A stretch of 63,323 bases of DNA, filler included, from Octopus bimaculoides (GCF_001194135.2; 4 parts of 4 records of this genome joined end to end with filler, not necessarily neighbours in it), one strand, 5' to 3'. Positions 36,879 through 51,597 are shown, counted from the first letter of the whole stretch. Made by a program: numbers and translations. Notes: generated by a model from the sequence alone, not told the origin.

Positions 36879-37481
36879 TACATAAATATATATGGATATA
36901 TGCATATATATCTACATGTATTTGTATGTGTGTATGTATGTATGTATGTATGTATGTATGTATGTATGTATGTATGCGAGTATATATGTGTGTGAGAGTG
37001 TGGGTTATAAACTTATCCGATCGTGTGAATAGACAAGATAAAAATGGCCACTGGTTATGTGAGCACACANNNNNNNNNNNNNNNNTACAGCATAATTTAC
37101 ACAAAGAATAAGATTCTGCATATACATTTGAAATGATTATCAATATATCTATTGTACTCATTGAATGCCCATACACAACTGAAAAGTTCACAAAGGGTAA
37201 ATATATGCTTCATTGAATTTACAGCTAGTTCACAGCAATATTCGTCTACACATTTTAGTAGTTAAATTGCAAATACATGTCTAGTAATGTCTTAATATGA
37301 GTTTTAAGCAAGATTTTCATGTTTCTACAGTTAGAATATAACGCTTTTGTCTCAAGTTATGATCAGCTCTGACACAGGTTTCGATGTGTGAATGTCTATT
37401 TCTTTCATCAAGTCGGCAACTTGGTCATTGACTTAACTGTCTATGTACAATTATATGGCTGCTTATAGATTAATTCCCGAC

Positions 37482-37548
<67 letters not shown>

Positions 37549-38449
37549 NNNNNNNNNNNNNNNNNNNNNNNNNNNNNNNNNNNNNNNNNNNNNNNNNNNN
37601 NNNNNNNNNNNNNNNNNNNNNNNNNNNNNNNNNNNNNNNNNNNNNNNNNNNNNNNNNNNNNNNNNNNNNNNNNNNNNNNNNNNNNNNNNNNNNNNNNNNN
37701 NNNNNNNNNNNNNNNNNNNNNNNNNNNNNNNNNNNNNNNNNNNNNNNNNNNNNNNNNNNNNNNNNNNNNNNNNNNNNNNNNNNNNNNNNNNNNNNNNNNN
37801 NNNNNNNNNNNNNNNNNNNNNNNNNNNNNNNNNNNNNNNNNNNNNNNNNNNNNNNNNNNNNNNNNNNNNNNNNNNNNNNNNNNNNNNNNNNNNNNNNNNN
37901 NNNNNNNNNNNNNNNNNNNNNNNNNNNNNNNNNNNNNNNNNNNNNNNNNNNNNNNNNNNNNNNNNNNNNNNNNNNNNNNNNNNNNNNNNNNNNNNNNNNN
38001 NNNNNNNNNNNNNNNNNNNNNNNNNNNNNNNNNNNNNNNNNNNNNNNNNNNNNNNNNNNNNNNNNNNNNNNNNNNATAAATAAATATATATTTTGGGAAT
38101 AAATGATGGATTTTTTTCACTTATAAGGTTTTTTTCACGCTAGCTACTTGATAAATTCTTGTAAAAGAGTTCGTCCTATTATTGAATTATATATATATAT
38201 ATATATATATATATCTTATACATAAATGGCTATTTCAGTTTGTTACTCTGTCTGTTACCACCTCGCTGCCGACATAGGGGAACCAAACTTGACGAAACTT
38301 TGCATACATGTTATACTGTTCAATTATAGGTTAATTGGATTGCAATAAAAATCTATAATGGGCATCCTAGGTGCTTTGAGCTATTATTTGATAAAATGAG
38401 AAGGGTGCAAGAGTATGAGGGAAATGTGATGGCACAGTGAGTGCAGGGC

Positions 38450-40340
38450 CTTCATGTGACTTTTAGAGGCCACCAGCAATTTTTGTTTCGAGGCCCATCC
38501 CTTCAATCAAAATTCATAATCTATGAACCTTTTATTCATTGCTATATTTTACTTTATTCTATATGAAGTTCAACATTTCACGTTATCATAAATAACACCT
38601 TGAACAGTACAAGCTAAATGTATTTAGGTCTAGGACAAATTTCAATAAGAAAAACTTCCATATATGAATAAAAGAGCACTTTTATAATCCATGCGACTTT
38701 CAAAAACAAGCACGGCGTACTTTTCACTTCACGAAGCCATCGATCAGTTCAGAATAATCAAGTTGAGAGCTAAGTTCGTGTTCAATAGATATCTGAGAAA
38801 ATCCACAAAGTCTTTCTTGTGCCATAGTGGACCGCAAGTATGATTTAATCAACTTTAATTTGGAAAAGCTGCGTTCTCAGCTTGCAGTACTCACAGGCAT
38901 GGAAAGGATAATTCGCAAAGCCACTTACACATTAGGGAAGATATATATATATTTATGAATATAATCGACCACATCACGGACTTTCTTGCACCCAGGTGAT
39001 AGAAATGCTCCTTCGCTAGCTGTATCTTCTCAATATCTGCCTTGACAAGGCCATCATTGGTATGTACTGTTAGTGTAGTGGAAACAATTGCACAGTGTTC
39101 CAATAGCCTCTGATTTTCCCAGTGTTTCAGTGAGAGAATGTTGTAAAGGAACGCAAAGATGTCGTTATGCTTGCTCAACATATCAAAGCGCTCACCAAAG
39201 TAGACAATGTCGATTGTATGAAAAAAAAAACAAATGCACTTTGAAAGTTTGCAAAGCATCAACGAGAGCTTCATCTTCACTTTCATATCAAAAGTTGTGT
39301 AGCATACGATGTGTCCTTTCACTTGGTATCTCCGCCGGTATCTCCACTTGTTCACATAATTCGGTTGCGACGTTGACTGCTGATGAGAAAAATGTGTCAT
39401 TTTCTCGATAGCTGCGCAGCAAGGACTGTGTGGATGAAATAAGTCCCTGGGCAACGTCATTTTGCATGTGTTCATGCTGAACTTATTGATAAGTTCAGCA
39501 AGCTATTTCAGTTAGCAGATCATATATCACACTCAGAAGAAAGCGGAAAGAAGCAATTTCTGCAACTAATGCGTTTGCTTCTGGATAAACATTGGAATCT
39601 TTGCCTTTCGAAGCATTACAAATGCTTATCAACCCGCTGTGGTTGTCCTTGAAGGGTTTTTAAGCTTCCAGTCTTAATTTCCCAGCGAGTGTCTGTCTGA
39701 TGGATGTTTCAATGTGTTCCATCTAGAAGTTGATGCGGCAAAAGATGAATATACAACCTGAAAATAACCAAAGAACGAGACAGCCATCACTGATGAGTTT
39801 GCTGCATCGCACACAACAAGGTTTAGTCTCTGATTCGTGCAAGGTAAATAGAACGCTCGCGGATTCTTCTATAGAAGTCTTGCTTTGACGCAAGAATATT
39901 TCCCCTTCATATTACTGCCATTATTATAGCTTTGGTATCTACAGTCCATCAGATCCAAACCCAAGGAAGCAAGCTTCTCCAAGAGCAATTCAAACAGTCC
40001 AGCTCCACTTGTGTCAGCAACCTTGAAAACCTCATCAAAGGAATCTTTGATTTCGGCTTTGTCTTTTTGAAGTTCAACGAAACGGATGATCATGGTAATT
40101 TGTTCCTGATGGCTGATATCTTGCGTGCAATCGAATATAATGCTGTAGTATTCAGCAGACTTCGTCCGATTGGTGATTTCTTTCAAAATGTTGTCAGAAG
40201 TGAGTGATATCAATTCATTTTGACTATCAGGTCCCAAATAATAAGCCACTGCTTCTGATTTTGAATTCATCGCCAGTGTTCTGCCTAAATGGGAACGAAC
40301 TGTGCAACCAATTATACTTCGCCAAAAATATTTCAAAAAC
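38450..40340 (-). mobile_element. Decayed hAT DNA transposon (ZMYM1-like transposase)
   Basis: ORF 39869-40336 has YYSIIFDCTQDISHQEQITMIIRFV and DCRYQSYNNGSNMKGKYSCVKARL, then NPRAFYLPCTNQRLNLVVCDAA..FFG..FAASTSRW. A CAGGGCC hAT-like end lies near 38450. Confidence 0.85.
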
Positions 40341-41199
40341 CATGGACGTAGAGCTTATCGAAAACACCACGAAAGGCCATATTTCTCTTTGCTAAAAACA
40401 GAACAATCCAAATTTGATATATTTAAATAATTTCCCACGTTAAATCCGATTTTGTTATTTATTTGTTTCAGAGAAATTGAAGAAAAATGTTATTGAGATT
40501 TAAAGTTTAATCAATTTTACCTAATAAGAAAACAGGATTTGGAAGCTGTCATTTTCTGTATGATAGATGTCTATCACCAAATGAAAGCAAAATCATTACG
40601 TGGAGGAATTTTTATTAAACAAACGAAAGCAAAGCATTACGACGACCAAAGTTATAAGAGCAGCCGAAGTTTTAATAACTTTTAATGAATAAAGTCATGT
40701 GAAAGGTTCTATATCTGCCTGTCTATCTATCTATCTGCCTGTCTATCTATCTATCTGCTTATACATCTTCCATTGTCTCCAAAGCCCCACACCCAAAAAA
40801 CACAAAAACAAAACAATGTTCTGTTATAAACAACCCCCCCCCCGCAAAAAAAACACCTGTTTTATATAAATAAGCAAGATCTCTGTATTTTCACAGAATT
40901 ATATTTGACAAGTTCGAAAGACGACCGAAAGCGCTAATATATGTATAAAATAAATGAAAGAAGTTATTCCAAAATTCTGACGACTTTTTTTCAATATAAT
41001 GTATGTGTGTTTGTGTGTGTGTGTGTGTGCGCGCGTGCATAATTCTAAAGAATATTGTTGAGAGTGACTTAGAAGTTTCGGTCAGTGAAGCCATTGTCGG
41101 ACAATTTAAGAATAATAAATTTGTACTCTAAAAAAGTATAGAGCAGCACAGCGGATTAATGTAATTTGTTATCACTGAACATACAACCAAACAAACATG

Positions 41200-41764
41200 T
41201 GGTGGTTATGGTGGTGGTAGTAGCGGTGGTGATGGTGGTATTGGTTGTGGTGGTGGTGGTGATGCTATAGTAGTGATGGTAGTGGCCATTGTCGTCGTGA
41301 GTGATTATAATGATGACGCAACATCGATGGTGCGATGAAGAGAAGACAAGATATCGATGGTGATGGAGAAGGTTGTGGTGGTAGTAATGGTGGTGCTGTT
41401 GCTGCTGCTACATTTAGTGATGGTGGTGGTTGTGGGGTGGGTAATGATGACGGTGATGATGTTGATGGTGATGATGACGGTGATAGTTACACCTGTCAAA
41501 ATGCTACGTGTGTTACCGTATGTTTGGTCTTTCCACGACCTTTCTCCTGGGCAAACAAATCAAATAGAGAAACAGCAGCAGCAGAAGAAGGAGCAATAAC
41601 ACTATTAACATCAACAACAGCAACAACAACAAGAGCAACAACAATAGGAACAACAAAAGCGATAACATCAGTATCGACAACAATAGTAACAATAACACCA
41701 TGAATAGCAGCAACAACGGCAGTTTCAAATTTACTGCCATCGCCATCGTCATCGTCATCATCAA

Positions 41765-41823
<59 letters not shown>

Positions 41824-41848
41824 ACATCATCGTTATCATCACCTACAG

Positions 41849-41879
<31 letters not shown>

Positions 41880-41943
41880 GTTATCATCACCAACAGCATC
41901 ATCATCATCATTATGATCATTACCACTGCCATAAACGTCGTAG

Positions 41944-41994
<51 letters not shown>

Positions 41995-42001
41995 CCACCA
42001 C

Positions 42002-42032
<31 letters not shown>

Positions 42033-42075
42033 GTCATTGTTAACATCCCCAGCATCGTTGTTAAGATCCTCATCA
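41200..42075. repeat. Compound trinucleotide low-complexity field (GGT, GAT, AAC/CAG, CAT)
   Basis: Seen directly; produces spurious poly-I, poly-M and poly-V ORFs. Confidence 0.95.
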
Positions 42076-42603
42076 TCACCTTTTTACCATCTGAAGGCTA
42101 AAGTTAGTATGATCCGGTAACACTTCAATTCTATCTACTCCTGCAAATTGTCACTTCTTTTGAAACAAAATACAAAAGAAAAAAATAATAAAATAAAATA
42201 AGTGGAAGGATGAATACTTAGTTCCACAGTTCTCAAAGTTATACCTTGAAATACTTCTTGGCACTTGCATGAGATTAAGACACAAGACATTCACCGACCA
42301 CTAATTGGTCAACCGGGAGCTCAAACAACAACATCCTATAATAGCTTTAAATTGCAGAAAAACCTCTGGGTCAAAAATCTTACAAGATTAATTGGTTTGG
42401 GTTTCTCCAAAACTTTATCATGAAACCAAACATATTAAATGCCTCAGAATCTTCTTATTCTCTTCTTTCTTGCTCTTCTCTCTCTTTCTCCTTTTTTCTT
42501 TTGTCCTATTTTTTTCTATTTTCCCTCTCGTTTATCACTATTCTACTTAGTACACCAACAACAACTACTACTATTGCCGCTATCACTACTACTACCACCA
42601 CCT

Positions 42604-42751
<148 letters not shown>

Positions 42752-42754
42752 GTC

Positions 42755-43170
42755 AGCGAGCTGGCAGAATCGTTAGCACGCTGGACGAAATGCTTAGTGG
42801 TATTTTGCCCACCGCTACGTTCCGAGTTCAAATTCTGCGGAGCTCGACTTTGCTTTTCATCCTTTCGGGGTCGATAAATTAAGTACCAGTTAGGCACTGG
42901 AATCGATATAATCGACTAATCCCCACCCCCAAAATATCAGGTCTTGTGCCTTTAGTACAAAGGATTATTAGTGCGGTGAGTTGACAAAATCGTTAGCACG
43001 CCGGGCAAAATGCTTAGCAACATTTCACAAGTCTTTACGTTCTGAGTTCAAATTCCACCTAGGTAAACTTTACCTTTCAACCTACTGGTGTCTATTTAAC
43101 CAGTACTGAGGTCAATGTAATCGACTAACCCCCTCACTCAAAATTTCAGGCTTTGCACATAGAAAGTTTT
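42755..43170 (+). mobile_element. Tandem pair of SINE family B
   Basis: Units about 42755-42968 and 42975-43170, after (ATT)n; CpGs largely intact. Confidence 0.85.
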
Positions 43171-45709
43171 ATTATTATTATTACTACTACTAGAATTAGT
43201 ATTACCATAGTTGTTGCAGTTGCAGTTGTGGGGGGGGGGTCATTATCGTCGTCGTAGTCGTGGTTCTTTTTGGTGTAGTGGTAGTAGTAGTAGTAGTAGT
43301 ATTAGTAATTGGTGTTGTTTCAGTGGTGGTATTAATTTTAGTCCTACTAATACTAATATTAGTACTAACACTAATCCTACTCCCACTCCTACTAGAACTT
43401 GCAATTGAAGCCATCATTTTGATCTCCTGTATTATTTGAAAGAATTCAACGAATGACATGCTGATCTGAACGAAATACGCCCTTTGGTGGGTTCTGTTGC
43501 TGGTAATAGAAGAAAATGAAAAGACTTTTAATTTGCTGGAAGAACTTTTCTTTCGCAGTAAATCTATTCAAATTTGGTGACTAAGGCAGTACAAGACCCA
43601 TAAACTAACAGAATTGAAAGAAAGGAAATGTAAGCATAATAATACAGTATTTTACTTTTAAAACTACACAAGAAATGCAATTTTCTAAAAATGTACATCT
43701 TGAACTAAGATATATATATAGTGTTGAGTAAATATTTAACGGGAAAAAAACAACAAAATTCTCTTTCATTTTGTATTGCTAGAAACATGAAAATTTTAAA
43801 AGTGAGTTAATAGCGGAGAAAAGGACACATCGGTACAAATGTATGACCGAAACAAATGCTTCATTACTAGGGACTCTTACACATCAGCGACAAGCAAGGA
43901 GAGTAAGTTTATTTTGTTTTGTAAACGAAATAGTTGATTGTTTCACTTGTTTTCCAAATATTTGCTCGAGAGGTATTAGTATGACTTCAAAATTCGAACG
44001 CCACTCCACTAACAAAGAGATTTCTACAAGCACAATTCAGTGATGCATCCTGCAATGAGTCTGGAAGGAAAATCAGTGCGATTGGCAATGAAGGAGAAAA
44101 AGTGCAGCTGTTAAAAATGTGGTAGTATGGGCGATGTAAGACAATCAGACATGCAAATAGCATGTGACAGACGTTAAGAGCGTCGGAAAGCAGCAAAACC
44201 AGCGTGGAGTTTAGCAGATCTTGGAGGAAGCTCTAACACAACGCAGCGCTGGAGAAGATGACGTGAGACTAGGGAGCGAAGTCTGAAATCAAGAGGCCAA
44301 TTCTCTAGCCACAACCAGAGCTATTGCCTACATTGTCTTGCGAGAATGAAGAGAACATGGAGAGCAAGCACGAGCATTAGACTGATGGAGTTAGTACAAA
44401 AGAAGAGATAAAAGAACCAGAGAGAGCTTTCTAAAGAATAACACGAGTAAAAATAGAAAGAACAAGCGCAAAAATGCTATTTATTCTCAATTGTGCGAAG
44501 AAAGAATGCTGTAGTCATGGAAGTAAAAGAAAACAACCTCAAACAAAATAATAAAGACTCACTGGGGACCATGTGTGACTCAGTGATAATAAAAAGACTG
44601 AAAGGAGGCCTGCAACGAAATAATTTTACTCAACACTTTGCAAGTGAATCAGTAGGGGCAAAGATGCGTCTCATTTACTTGACAATTTATGCACCACATT
44701 GCAGAAATCACAATGTAAGTATATCTGAAAGGATAATCTTACACTGTTGTACCGTTGAATTACAAATAATGCTCATCTGTTATGTTCGGGTGACCCTATA
44801 GGTTCCAATAGTACAACTGTATTCGTCTTTGCTTAGAAAAAATGACTAAATTGTGGGTGTGAAGTCCCCATGAAGGGGNNNNNNNNNNNNNNNNNNNNNN
44901 NNNNNNNNNNNNNNNNNNNNNNNNNNNNNNNNNNNNNNNNNNNNNNNNNNNNNNNNNNNNNNNNNNNNNNNNNNNNNNNNNNNNNNNNNNNNNNNNNNNN
45001 NNNNNNNNNNNNNNNNNNNNNNNNNNNNNNNNNNNNNNNNNNNNNNNNNNNNNNNNNNNNNNNNNNNNNNNNNNNNNNNNNNNNNNNNNNNNNNNNNNNN
45101 NNNNNNNNNNNNNNNNNNNNNNNNNNNNNNNNNNNNNNNNNNNNNNNNNNNNNNNNNNNNNNNNNNNNNNNNNNNNNNNNNNNNNNNNNNNNNNNNNNNN
45201 NNNNNNNNNNNNNNNNNNNNNNNNNNNNNNNNNNNNNNNNNNNNNNNNNNNNNNNNNNNNNNNNNNNNNNNNNNNNNNNNNNNNNNNNNNNNNNNNNNNN
45301 NNNNNNNNNNNNNNNNNNNNNNNNNNNNNNNNNNNNNNNNNNNNNNNNNNNNNNNNNNNNNNNNNNNNNNNNNNNNNNNNNNNNNNNNNNNNNNNNNNNN
45401 NNNNNNNNNNNNNNNNNNNNNNNNNNNNNNNNNNNNNNNNNNNNNNNNNNNNNNNNNNNNNNNNNNNNNNNNNNNNNNNNNNNNNNNNNNNNNNNNNNNN
45501 NNNNNNNNNNNNNNNNNNNNNNNNNNNNNNNNNNNNNNNNNNNNNNNNNNNNNNNNNNNNNNNNNNNNNNNNNNNNNNNNNNNNNNNNNNNNNNNNNNNN
45601 NNNNNNNNNNNNNNNNNNNNNNNNNNNNNNNNNNNNNNNNNNNNNNNNNNNNNNNNNNNNNNNNNNNNNNNNNNNNNNNNNNNNNNNNTATATATACATA
45701 TCTCTTTAA

Positions 45710-45900
45710 CTTGTTTCAGTTATTAGACTACACCCATCCTGGGGCACCGCCCTGAAAGATTTTAGTCGAATGAATCGTCCCAAGTCCATTTTTTTAAAGT
45801 CTGGTACCTATGCCATCGGTCAATTTTTGCTGAACCGTTAACTCACGGGGCGTAAAAACAACAACACCGATTGTCTAACGGTGTGGTGTCGGACAAACAC
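45710..45900 (-). mobile_element. SINE family C tail module
   Basis: Reverse-complement homology to 11100-11295. Confidence 0.65.
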
Positions 45901-46644
45901 AGACACAGAAGCACACATACAGAGATATAGATATATATGAACCCGGAACCATGTTGTTCTTACAACACAGCCACAGAGATAGATTTTTAATGCCCCTGTT
46001 CATTCGTTTAGCCACGTCCATGCTCACTTAGGAATACGTCCGTATGCTTGTTTCTACTTTATGTATGAATGCACATCTGGAACTAACTTATCAAGAGAAA
46101 GACGACATTTTTAATGAAGAACTTGTAAATAGAGAATTTAAAATTTAATTGCTTTTATAGTTATTACGCTGTAAGGAAAAGATACTTTAATATACGCAGT
46201 TAAGTCAATTTCTTTTATACCACCTGCAAACACATTAAAGGGCTACTCCATTTATAAACGCCATTAAGTGAAAAATTCGAACGAAAACAAACACGCTTAA
46301 CTGTAAAGAGAGGAGAAAAAAAGAAGACGATGTCTTTCTCTTTGCAGAATACATTTCTTTCACAGCAAGAAATAAATAATTACTTTCTGTAAATAACATC
46401 ATTTTGAACAACATAAATGACACAAATAATTGTTTTGATTTAAGCACAGTTTTGGAGGGAAAAATTTATTGATAACCTCGACACAAATTTTCCCCTGGTA
46501 CTTTATTGACACCTGAGATGTGGAAAGTAAATAAATCTCGAAAGAATTCGAATTCAGAATGTGTAGATCGGGAAGAAATACCACAAAGTGTTCCTTCCGA
46601 CGCCATTGATTCAACAAGCTAACTATATCAAATGGCACAAATAA

Positions 46645-47109
46645 CACTGTATAACACGATTTTTCTCCTTGGGTAGCTACTGTTACTTCTTATTTGCTTA
46701 TCCTTAGAAGGTATCAAAAATGGATAATATTTTCTTCAAACTTGTGCTACATTTATTCAAACCCCAAAGAATCCCTCTCAACATATGGCTACGATACCCC
46801 CCAACTATTCCTGTTCATGATCAGAGATGTATATATTGTCAGCGACTTAGGGACATGCTCAAGTGGTTAAGGCCAAGCAACTAACAAGCAGAATATTTGC
46901 TATAACGATATTTCTGTTTCAGTAACTCAGTGTTGAGTCTGAAATGTAATGGAAAATAGGTCAGTTTTAAAACATTGATATCCAAGTCACACAAGCAGAG
47001 TGTGAAGGGAATAGTAGTCATTTCCTTTGATTCTAGATGGAAGCAAATGGAAAATAACACTTATTGACCAAAGACAAAAATAAATAAATAAAAATTTTGT
47101 CACACAGTG
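46645..47109. mobile_element. Second copy of the CACTGTGT-ended MITE
   Basis: Collinear homology with 17143-17621 over ~465 bp; ends cactgtataac / gtcacacagtg-ta. Confidence 0.8.
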
Positions 47110-47344
47110 TAATGATAAGTAAATATGAGGTTCAATAACAAACACAAACACACTTCGTCAAACAAACGGATAGTCATGGACTTTGAACAGTGAAACACAA
47201 TAAGCTTTCAAGCCTTTTATCTTTTTCTGAAGATAACTAGCTGGTGGGCTCTGAATACAAATGAAAGAAACATCTGCATGATAGAACTGTGAGTGAAGGA
47301 CGGGGAAATCTATACCTTAATATCAAGCTGAACAATGATTGAAG

Positions 47345-47549
47345 CATATTCTTTTATTATTTTTAATACTTTTTCAATCATTAGACTGAATCGACCCCAG
47401 TACTTCTTATTTTTCTCAGCCTTGTACTTATTCAATCCGTGTCTTTAACCAAACATTAAGTTACGGGGACGTAAACCCACAAACACCGGTTGTCAAGCCG
47501 TCGTAGGGATAACAAATACAGACAGAAAGACACACACACACACACATAA

Positions 47550-47648
<99 letters not shown>

Positions 47649-47797
47649 ACGAGCTTCTCTCGGATCCATCTGCCAGATCCACTTACAAGACTTTGGTCAG
47701 CCCGTGTCTATAGTAGAAGACACCTGCCCAAAGATGCCCGTAGTGGGACTGAACCCAGAACTATGTGGTTCAGAATAAAACTTCTTACCTCACAGTA
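47345..47797 (-). mobile_element. Complete composite SINE C (tail-microsatellite-head on minus strand)
   Basis: Tail about 47345-47520, (CA)n(TA)n 47530-47645, head about 47647-47797. Confidence 0.75.
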
Positions 47798-48934
47798 GTG
47801 CCCACACCTATAAATTAATTCTGCATCTTGGACGTCACAAAAAGACAATTCCAATCTGAGGAATACTATAGTTTCCATGGATCGATGAATATAATGCGGA
47901 AACATGCTTAGTATGTAAAATGGAGACGATCCGTAAAAACAGACCGAACTGATGTGTTACATTCATGTCAAGACGTTTGTAACATAAAAACGTATGGTGC
48001 AGCAGAAAGGCTACGGCATGAGCCTTGCTTCATTGTTATGCTTGTAGTTTAGAGCCTAAACAGCCCCAAACAATGATTGCTGGGGTAAATACGAATATAC
48101 AGCTTCTAATGGTCTCCGAGTACAATGAAGCAATCTGTGACTGCAGTAATAAAGCCTGAGATTGGTGTTGTAGTGCAGAAAATTTGTTTTATTTCTGGTA
48201 GTAAGAACTGCTTGAAGATTTTCCACTGGAAGAGACTGAATACGCACAAGCTGAGAGAGTATGCAAGCCACCAACAACATGTGTAGGCCCTGGAGACAAC
48301 TGTTTCAATATTATATCACTGCATATATCGCTTCATTTTCAGGCTCACGATTTGAACAGGAAGCCGATGGACTCATGCCCCGATTTTAATAAGAATCGGC
48401 ACAGTAGCCTTTTAAAAATGAGAACCCACTGAAAGAAAAGGCGAACACATTATCTTTTCCTGGGACTAAAGGAAATTTACAGTACATTGCAAAGGAAGAA
48501 AGACGAAGTACTCAGAGAGTTCCAGAAACAAGTATTTAAAAAAAGAAGGTGCAGTAAGGTACTTCTAGAGAAGGAAGTACGTTCCAGTTTTGTAGAGCAC
48601 GCGAATAATTGATTGCTAAAGATAGCAATGCAAGAACTTCAGTACTTTTCTCATCGGCGTAGGGCACTGAAGGCAGCTAGTGAGTTTGACCTAACTTAGT
48701 GGATTGCTCTCCTCTAAACTCGCAAGTGTTTTCTCTCCGGTGAGTGGTTATGTTTCTAGCATTGCGCTCCATACTTTCATAATCAAAGGATGAAAATTAA
48801 AATACTTAATAAAAATTTTTATTAGATATTTAATAAAAATTAATACACAACGTCTAGTAATTTCATGATAAATTAATTGTTAAATAAAAATATTAATTTT
48901 AAAATTAAAAAACACCAAACTAATAACAACTATT

Positions 48935-49753
48935 GGATCTATTTTAAAACGGGGGCGCCAGTTTTCATTTATGTTTTATGTAGTGTTTTTGGTACGGAAA
49001 GACTTTCAAACTTCGTATACTTATCTATTTTGTGTTATAGAACAGAAAAATATTTTTGTATTCGAATTTATATTTCATGTAAAAAATTATCTTATTTCGA
49101 TAATTTCTACTAATCACTGACGTCTATTCANNNNNNNNNNNNNNNNNNNNNNNNNNNNNNNNNNNNNNNNNNNNNNNNNNNNNNNNNNNNNNNNNNNNNN
49201 NNNNNNNNNNNNNNNNNNNNNNNNNNNNNNNNNNNNNNNNNNNNNNNNNNNNNNNNNNNNNNNNNNNNNNNNNNNNNNNNNNNNNNNNNNNNNNNNNNNN
49301 NNNNNNNNNNNNNNNNNNNNNNNNNNNNNNNNNNNNNNNNNNNNNNNNNNNNNNNNNNNNNNNNNNNNNNNNNNNNNNNNNNNNNNNNNNNNNNNNNNNN
49401 NNNNNNNNNNNNNNNNNNNNNNNNNNNNNNNNNNNNNNNNNNNNNNNNNNNNNNNNNNNNNNNNNNNNNNNNNNNNNNNNNNNNNNNNNNNNNNNNNNNN
49501 NNNNNNNNNNNNNNNNNNNNNNNNNNNNNNNNNNNNNNNNNNNNNNNNNNNNNNNNNNNNNNNNNNNNNNNNNNNNNNNNNNNNNNNNNNNNNNNNNNNN
49601 NNNNNNNNNNNNNNNNNNNNNNTTTTTTTTTGTTAAGAAGACTAAGAGTAAAAGATGTTTTATATGACACATTCTACCAATGTCCCAAGTTTCAAAGTGT
49701 TTCGTTAGTGTTTCGTTAAGAAAATACTGGCACCCCCGTTTTAAAATAGATCC
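48935..49753. mobile_element. Non-autonomous DNA transposon with GGATCT-ended TIRs and 8-bp TSD (Merlin-like)
   Basis: TIR GGATCTATTTTAAAACGGGGG(C/T)GCCAGT at both ends; CAACTATT at 48927-48934 and 49754-49761; the centre is an N gap. Confidence 0.85.
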
Positions 49754-50277
49754 CAACTATTTTAAGTACCGTCACATATTTGTTATATTTTAATTGATAT
49801 CCAAATTTAAGATGTTGGCTGTGTAAGTCCTTACTCAGTCTTTCGTGTATATATAACTTTCTTGTTTCCCTTATATCACATTCGTAACCTTTCTGTCTAG
49901 GATTACCTTATTATATGTGGTGGCCGTGGATTTGCAAAATCATAAAACAAACCGACAAACATGTCTTGCAATATTTCATTACAGTTCCGTGCGTTCTGAG
50001 TTCAACTTTACATTTCATCCATTCGGGGTCAATAGAATAATAAAATACCAATCAATTACTCAGCTCACTGGACTCGACTAAGGTCCCCACCTGCTAAAAT
50101 TTCTGACCTTGAGCAAAAATCTAAAAGATTATTTGTTGTTATTGTACATGCTTCGGCACTATATGTACTAAAATTACACTCATTTCCTTTTAGCTTTACT
50201 ATGTCAACTATAAGGAGTTAAAGATTTATATATTTTTGTCCCCCACGTTGTTGATGGGATATCATGTTTATTAATGC

Positions 50278-50705
50278 TGAATTCCATCATTGTCACTTGG
50301 CGGAATTTTTAGCACGCCAGACGAAATACTTTGCGACATTTCGGCCGTCTCTACATTCTAAGTTCAAATTCCGCCGCGGCCGACTTTGTCTTTCACTCTT
50401 TCGGATTGATAAAATAATTACCAGTCGAGTAGTAAGTAGGGTCAATGTAAACGACTTCACCCGCCACTAATATTGTTGTCTTCGTGCTAAAAATCGGAAA
50501 CTTTCTTATGCCCTCCGGCAGGACAAAATGCTGAGTGGCATTCCTTCCAGCTCTACGTTCTGAGTTCAAATTCTGCCGGGGCGAATGATGCTTTTCATCC
50601 TTTCGGAATCGATAAAATAAGTAAAAGTCGAGGTCTAGGATCGATGTAATCGACTAGTCTCCTCTCCCAAAATTTCAGGCCTTGTGCCTATTGTAGAAAG
50701 GATTA
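50278..50705 (+). mobile_element. Two SINE family B copies in tandem
   Basis: Units about 50278-50460 and 50520-50705, homologous to 42755. Confidence 0.75.
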
Positions 50706-51597
50706 TCAGTAGTAGTACCAGTAGTACAGCAGGTAGTAGTAGTATGTTTGTTATTAGTACTGTGTCCGTTATTATTAATCATCATCATTAACATTGTCTT
50801 CATCGTTATTACTATGATTTCAATTGTCAAATTAAGAATATGTTTCAGTGCCACGCCAGGCGCAGCTTCGTCTGATTTTAATAGTTCAGTGATTTTTGTT
50901 CTCTTTTCCTCTGTGTAAAGTGAGATATGTACAGTGTCTTATTAGTATCAATATTATAAGTTATAGAGAAGTATATCCAACAGTTAGAAGATAATCGATC
51001 AAAATATTGGGTATTGTTTCATTATGTCGAAATTGAATTTACCTTCCAGTCCTTCAGGGTCAGTAATATAAAGAGACGTCTAGTACAGGGGTCAAATAAA
51101 TCGACTGCTCACTTCCTCATATTTTTGTTTAGATTTGTGACGATGTTACGAATCAATATTACTATTAAAGCTAAGGGGGCAATGGATGCTAAATCGATAG
51201 AACTCCACACAAAAAAGAACTTGATATATTTGGTTATATAGTTTGTATTAAGAGAGTTCATCCCCTGCCAGGGCTGACTCTGTCTTTCATACCATCAGGA
51301 TCGATAACATAAGAATTAGCATTATACTTGGTGCTTACTGACTCTGCCAACGACCTCTCCTATAATGCTTGACCTTGTGTCAGAAAATGAAATCAATATC
51401 GTTGTTGTTGATGAGTGTTTATAATAGTTCTCACATAATTTATGTAAATATCCCAATTTATACCAGTGGCAGTGTTAGATGTACTCTTAGTACTTGAAGA
51501 AATAATCGTAATACTATTAGTATCGTTTTTACTGTACCTTTGTTTAATGAACGTAATAGATATAATTATTGCTTTCCCAAGATCAAAAGCTCATTTG

